In this document: in pieces, positions 24,513 through 28,254 of the stretch
How positions within the stretch are numbered: the stretch's first letter is position 1
How the letters are laid out: each line of letters begins with the position of its first letter
IMG/VR virus record: IMGVR_UViG_3300031460_000007
Location: 1-28,254 of that record
Source of the DNA: a virus
Lineage: Duplodnaviria > Caudoviricetes
DNA: 28,254 nucleotides
Strand: one strand, 5' to 3'
Translations under genes and position numbers: made by a program
Notes under the pieces: model-generated
Database searches by the model: none
Told to the model about the DNA's origin: nothing
Seen by the model: the letters and a program-made list of their open reading frames with translations, nothing else

Positions 24513-24776
24513 ATGATCACGACACGACCGGACTATCTGACCGAGCGCGAGTGGGGCGCGTTCTGCGAGATGTGGCGATGGAAGCGACTCTGCCAACAAT
24601 TGCTTGATAACCCCATGATCGAGCGCAAAGTCGCGTACACACTGATCGACAGTACGATGAAAGAGGCGTGGCGACGGGCGGGCATGACGAAGGGGGTGTG
24701 GCACCATACCGCACAAGAATCTGCATGGCTGATCGCGCTGCACGCCGTACACCTGCCCGACGATGATTTGCTCTGA
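24513..24776 (+). CDS. Antisense-oriented Trp-rich hypothetical protein (moron), 87 aa
   Basis: AGGAAGGAGG SD, TATACT at 24485-90, lower GC than the flanks. Confidence 0.7.
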   Translation: MITTRPDYLTEREWGAFCEMWRWKRLCQQLLDNPMIERKVAYTLIDSTMKEAWRRAGMTKGVWHHTAQESAWLIALHAVHLPDDDLL

Positions 24777-24781
24777 TGCGC

Positions 24782-24970
24782 TCACCGTGGCACCGCCACG
24801 AGCGGCGCGACGTACCAGATCAGGAACGCGCCGAACGCCACCAGCCCGAGCGGCCACGACCACCACGCGGCACCGCTCACCGCGACGAGCCAGCCGAGGA
24901 GTTCGCAGGCGATCGCCGCGAGGGCGCGCACGGCGCTGACACGCGGCACGGCGGGGCGCTCGTCCATCAC
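24782..24970 (-). CDS. Small two-TM membrane protein between TerL and portal
   Basis: ELLGWLVAVSGAAWWSWPLGLVAFGAFLIWY; GTGA overlap with the TerL stop; common at this position. Confidence 0.75.
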   Translation of the reverse strand: MMDERPAVPRVSAVRALAAIACELLGWLVAVSGAAWWSWPLGLVAFGAFLIWYVAPLVAVPR

Positions 24971-26544
24971 GCCCCCGCTTCGTCGTCATCGAAGACCCAG
25001 AACTGCGGCACCTTCGACGGCTCCGCCGGTTTGCCCGCCTCAGCCACGGACATCACCAACGCGATCGGGCCGTCGTTCTCACGGCGGTCGTGCGTCTTGA
25101 CCAGTCGCTGCCCACCACCCGAGACTTGCTTCGCGACCGCGTCGCCCATCTGGCGCGCGAGCGCGGGATCGCCCTCGTGCCCGAGGCGTTGGTCGATGAT
25201 CAGCTCGTAGAGCGCCTGGGTGGGCGGGCACATGCGCGTGTTGGTCTGCGGCATCTCCACCATCGCCACGCCCTCGGCTTCGAGGCTCGCGGCCATCCAG
25301 GTGATAAACGCGGGGTCATACGCCACGGCGGCGAGGTTGCCGCCCCGATGCAACTCCCGGATGTGGTTCTCCACCTCGGCGATCGGCAGCCGCCAGCCGT
25401 CCGCGACCTGGCCGGTGTGCGGGTCGCGCGGCGCGCTCCAGATGCGCGCCTTGATCCTGAGCTGATCGTCCCACCACTGCGCGCAGACGACAGCCGTGCT
25501 GTCCTTCTTGGTGGAGGCATCGACGCCCGCATAGATCGGGCGCTGCAAATCGAACGCGAACGGCGCGATCGCGCAGTCGTGCCACGCGCCGGGCGGTAGC
25601 CACGGCTTCTCGCCGCGCGTCCAGATACCGAGGAAGTAGCGGACGAAGACCTCGCGCGGCTTGCGCTTCCATTGGTCGCGGTAGAACGGCAGATCGACCG
25701 TATGACCGAGCGAGGGATTCGCCTGCGCGACTGCGCGCTCCCACTGTGCCGGGTCTTCGAGGTCGAGCGTCTCGTCCGCCGCGTAGATGCGCGCGTAGAA
25801 CTCGGGATCGCTCAGTTCGCCCTTGATGATTTTCAGCGCCTGCTCGTGGTAGCGCCCGCAGACCGTATCGAGGTCGAATCCCGCCGTGGTGATCATGATC
25901 ACGAGCGGTTCCTGTCGCGCGCCGGTCGCGTTCGTCAGGACGTTGAACAAGCCTTCGCCCTTCGGCCCCTTGAACTCGTGCAGCTCATCGAGTGCGACCA
26001 GGCTCAGGTTTTTGCCGTCGTTGGTGCCGACCGTCGCCGAGTAGCGCGCGATCTTGGCGGCGGGGTTCTCCTTCAGGACGATCTCTTTGGCGTAGCAGGT
26101 GGTCAACGCCGCGAGGTCCGGCGACATCTCGCACATCGCTTTGGCCGCGCCGAAGACAAGATCGGCCTGCTCGTCGCTGTTGGCCGCACAGGCGATCTCC
26201 GGCGATTCCTCGCCATCCGCGACGAGCATGTAGACATCGATCGCGGCGATCAGCTCGGTCTTGCCCTGCTTCTTCGGGATCTCGATGTACGCCCAGCGAT
26301 AGCGCCGCCGCCCCGTGACCGGATCGATCTCGAAGAGTTCGTAGAGGAGCTTCTTCTCCCACGGCAGCAGGACGAACGGCTTGCTGCGCCAGCGTCCCTT
26401 GGTGTGGACGCAGTACCGCTCGATGAAGTCGATCACATGCTGGCCGCGCGTGGGGTATTCGCGCACGGTGCCGTCCGGCATCCGCTGGCGGATCGTGCGC
26501 GTGGCGACCGGCGCGGCGGTCGGGCGCTCCATGACCACCATCAA
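24967..26544 (-). CDS. terL: Terminase large subunit
   Basis: Walker A IPKKQGKT, Walker B VALDELH, ITTAG coupling motif, ANPSLG, nuclease GVDAS..KDSTA and NDGPIA. Confidence 0.96.
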   Translation of the reverse strand: MMVVMERPTAAPVATRTIRQRMPDGTVREYPTRGQHVIDFIERYCVHTKGRWRSKPFVLLPWEKKLLYELFEIDPVTGRRRYRWAYIEIPKKQGKTELIAAIDVYMLVADGEESPEIACAANSDEQADLVFGAAKAMCEMSPDLAALTTCYAKEIVLKENPAAKIARYSATVGTNDGKNLSLVALDELHEFKGPKGEGLFNVLTNATGARQEPLVIMITTAGFDLDTVCGRYHEQALKIIKGELSDPEFYARIYAADETLDLEDPAQWERAVAQANPSLGHTVDLPFYRDQWKRKPREVFVRYFLGIWTRGEKPWLPPGAWHDCAIAPFAFDLQRPIYAGVDASTKKDSTAVVCAQWWDDQLRIKARIWSAPRDPHTGQVADGWRLPIAEVENHIRELHRGGNLAAVAYDPAFITWMAASLEAEGVAMVEMPQTNTRMCPPTQALYELIIDQRLGHEGDPALARQMGDAVAKQVSGGGQRLVKTHDRRENDGPIALVMSVAEAGKPAEPSKVPQFWVFDDDEAGA

Positions 26545-27047
26545 GACACCTCGTCGATGTCGATAATCGCGTCCACCTCGCGCGCCAGTTGCCCGCGCAG
26601 GTCGCCCGTCGTCTTGGTGTTGACGTAGGCGTTGGTGGTCACGCCGAGACGCATCCGCGCCATCGGGAGGATGCCGAGCTGGTCGCGCAGCTTCTCGATC
26701 TCGCGGTTCAACTCTTTGAGGATAACGAGTTTGGGGTTGACCACCCGCTGCCCCATCGAGCCCTCAACCGTGGGATGGGCCAGCACACCGCCCTGGATCG
26801 TGTCGCGCTTGCCAAGCAAGGTGAAATAGCGCCCGATGTCATAGTGGTCGGCGCCCGTGACCATCTGCGCGACCGGATCGGCCCAGAAGGCCTCCCAGAC
26901 GACGCGGTAGGCCTGGGAGAGTTTCGGCGGGTACGCGGGGAGCGGTCGACGCGCGTCGGGCAGCACGAGCGCCAGGGTGGACGAGCCGGTGTAGCGGCTG
27001 CCCTTCCCCTGCAATTGTTCCGGGCTCTTCTGGCGCTGATTCGCCAC
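26541..27047 (-). CDS. terS: Terminase small subunit, P27-like
   Basis: PPKLS...W, VVNP, QLGILPMARMRL; immediately upstream of terL. Confidence 0.88.
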   Translation of the reverse strand: MANQRQKSPEQLQGKGSRYTGSSTLALVLPDARRPLPAYPPKLSQAYRVVWEAFWADPVAQMVTGADHYDIGRYFTLLGKRDTIQGGVLAHPTVEGSMGQRVVNPKLVILKELNREIEKLRDQLGILPMARMRLGVTTNAYVNTKTTGDLRGQLAREVDAIIDIDEVS

Positions 27048-27328
27048 TACGCGATCTCCATCGGACTGCGGCGGTGCTTACGCAGGTGGCACGTATGGCA
27101 GAGCGTGATCCCGTTATCCAGCGCATCCCCGCCACCATCGGCCAGGGCGATCATATGGTCGGCTTCCAGTCGCTCGCGCGACCCGCACACGACGCATCGC
27201 CAGCCGTCGCGGTCCTTGACACAGAGCGCCCACTCGGTACGGCTGTAGCTCGTCCGATACTTCGCCCGGCACAGGGAACAGCGCGATCCCCGTCCGATCA
27301 GGACGTTGCAGCCAAGACAGCGCCGCAT
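27047..27328 (-). CDS. Packaging-associated HNH endonuclease (HK97 gp74-like position), 93 aa
   Basis: RDGWRCVVCG...ADHMIALADGG...NGITLCHTCH..KH; adjacent to terS. Confidence 0.88.
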   Translation of the reverse strand: MRRCLGCNVLIGRGSRCSLCRAKYRTSYSRTEWALCVKDRDGWRCVVCGSRERLEADHMIALADGGGDALDNGITLCHTCHLRKHRRSPMEIA

Positions 27329-27371
27329 CAGGCAGACCCCCCGGAAATCAGTCGGCGATAGCGGACGCATG

Positions 27372-27445
27372 AAAAGTTGAGGGCGGCGGTCCGGGAGTGT
27401 ACGTACACTTGCCGACTTTTGCCCTCCCCCCCGGTGGTACCCCCG
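27372..27445. other. Putative cos/packaging-initiation region
   Basis: G/C runs, perfect palindrome AGTGTACGTACACT (27396-27409), AAAAGTYG inverted pair, GACCGCCGCCCTC core; non-coding just upstream of HNH-terS. Confidence 0.5.
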
Positions 27446-27461
27446 CGCCCGCCGCGTACGC

Positions 27462-27501
27462 AAAAACGCCCCGCCATCGATCTTGCGATCGGAGCGGGGC
27501 G
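27462..27501 (-). terminator. Intrinsic terminator just downstream of the late promoter
   Basis: cgccccgc-tc-cgatc-gcaa-gatcg-atg-gcggggcg followed by TTTTTG. Confidence 0.8.
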
Positions 27502-27531
27502 CCGAATGGCCCGGTGTATCCAGTGACTTAC

Positions 27532-27560
27532 AGTCTAGACTACGGGGGTTAGTCTGTCAA
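27532..27560 (-). promoter_or_regulatory. Probable late promoter with palindromic spacer
   Basis: TTGACA (27560-55), 17 nt, TAGACT (27537-32); AGACTA-N7-TAGTCT inverted repeat. Confidence 0.8.
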
Positions 27561-27763
27561 GCCACATGCACCGCGTTCTCCTTGCTGCATGACTCGCACC
27601 ACACCCTGATGCGCTGCGCCTCGGTCAGGCCCTCGATCAGCAGGGTGCGCCCGGCATGACGTGACCAATACGCACCGGGCGCGACGATGCCAAGCATGTG
27701 GTTGCAACGCTGGCACTTAACCGGCTGCCCGATCGGGGTCGGCGTGGTCGGTCGGTCCGTCAT
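27557..27763 (-). CDS. Small zinc-ribbon protein, Mu Com-like, 68 aa
   Basis: VKCQRCNHMLG...IRVWCESCSKEN; GGAGG SD before ATG 27763. Confidence 0.7.
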   Translation of the reverse strand: MTDRPTTPTPIGQPVKCQRCNHMLGIVAPGAYWSRHAGRTLLIEGLTEAQRIRVWCESCSKENAVHVA

Positions 27764-27776
27764 CGCCCGCCTCCCC

Positions 27777-28007
27777 TCAGCGCCCGTGTCGCACGTCGGC
27801 GTCCGGCGTGGCCCGCGCGTAGGCACCCGGCCGGCTATGCGCGTGGTCCACCTCGGCATTGCCGTCGAGTTCGTCCTCGTCCCAGAAGAGGAGCCCCAGC
27901 GCGGCGTCGGGTCCGGTGACATAGCGGCCATCGCTGAGACGCGGGAAACCCCAATACGGGTGGATCGCGGGCGTCACGGTCACGGCAGCGGGCAAATGCG
28001 CGCTCAT
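27777..28007 (-). CDS. Hypothetical protein, 76 aa
   Basis: ATGA overlap with the upstream gene; GAGG SD. Confidence 0.5.
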   Translation of the reverse strand: MSAHLPAAVTVTPAIHPYWGFPRLSDGRYVTGPDAALGLLFWDEDELDGNAEVDHAHSRPGAYARATPDADVRHGR

Positions 28008-28249
28008 CGGGCACCTCGCGCCGCCAGCTCTTCGAGCAGCAATGCCTGTGTCCGCCACTCTTTTGCGGCTTGCTCCGGCAACCAGCGCACCAACCATGAC
28101 AGCAGCGCGGCCTCGGTAGGCGCGGCACAATGGTGCATGATGGATTGTTGGCCGTGCAGCATCGACGGCAACGAAAACGTCACCTCCCAATCGCTGCCAT
28201 CCTGATCGCCCGCCTGGTGTCGCACGTCGTAACCGTAACCAGCCACCAT
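28004..28249 (-). CDS. Hypothetical protein, possibly extending beyond the window
   Basis: Open frame near the window edge, stop coupled to the next gene. Confidence 0.5.
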   Translation of the reverse strand: MVAGYGYDVRHQAGDQDGSDWEVTFSLPSMLHGQQSIMHHCAAPTEAALLSWLVRWLPEQAAKEWRTQALLLEELAARGAR

Positions 28250-28254
28250 ATCCT

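Noticed and set aside
16349-27463. ORF-track upstream starts for the HNH (16349), tube (16524), portal (24495) and packaging HNH (27463)
   Set aside because: The extensions cross promoters or neighbouring elements; the downstream starts have SD sequences and family-typical N-termini

Overview
GC-rich (roughly 70% by eye) siphovirus-type phage or prophage segment carrying a complete late operon on the minus strand. Order from right to left: Com-like zinc finger, late promoter with an immediate terminator, cos-like region, packaging HNH, TerS, TerL, portal, HK97-type protease, major capsid, connector genes, tail tube, tape measure, tail tip and fibre genes, membrane proteins, GH25 endolysin and LL-H-type holin. 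Small accessory genes under duplicated strong promoters follow at the left end. No spanins are visible, which suggests a monoderm high-GC host (inference). No integrase, tRNA or CRISPR array is seen. Five unexplained signals stand out. (1) Two otherwise dissimilar free-standing HNH endonucleases share a promoter plus a structurally identical, covarying 5' RNA hairpin. (2) Gene-end replacement scars and AT-rich synonymous recoding occur at gene termini. (3) Start/stop-coupled bridge ORFs cover antisense inserts and gaps on the late mRNA. (4) An acr-aca-like cassette array sits under duplicated promoter-operators. (5) A promoter-terminator late switch lies beside a Com-like protein. All family calls come from motif recognition and synteny, not database searches.
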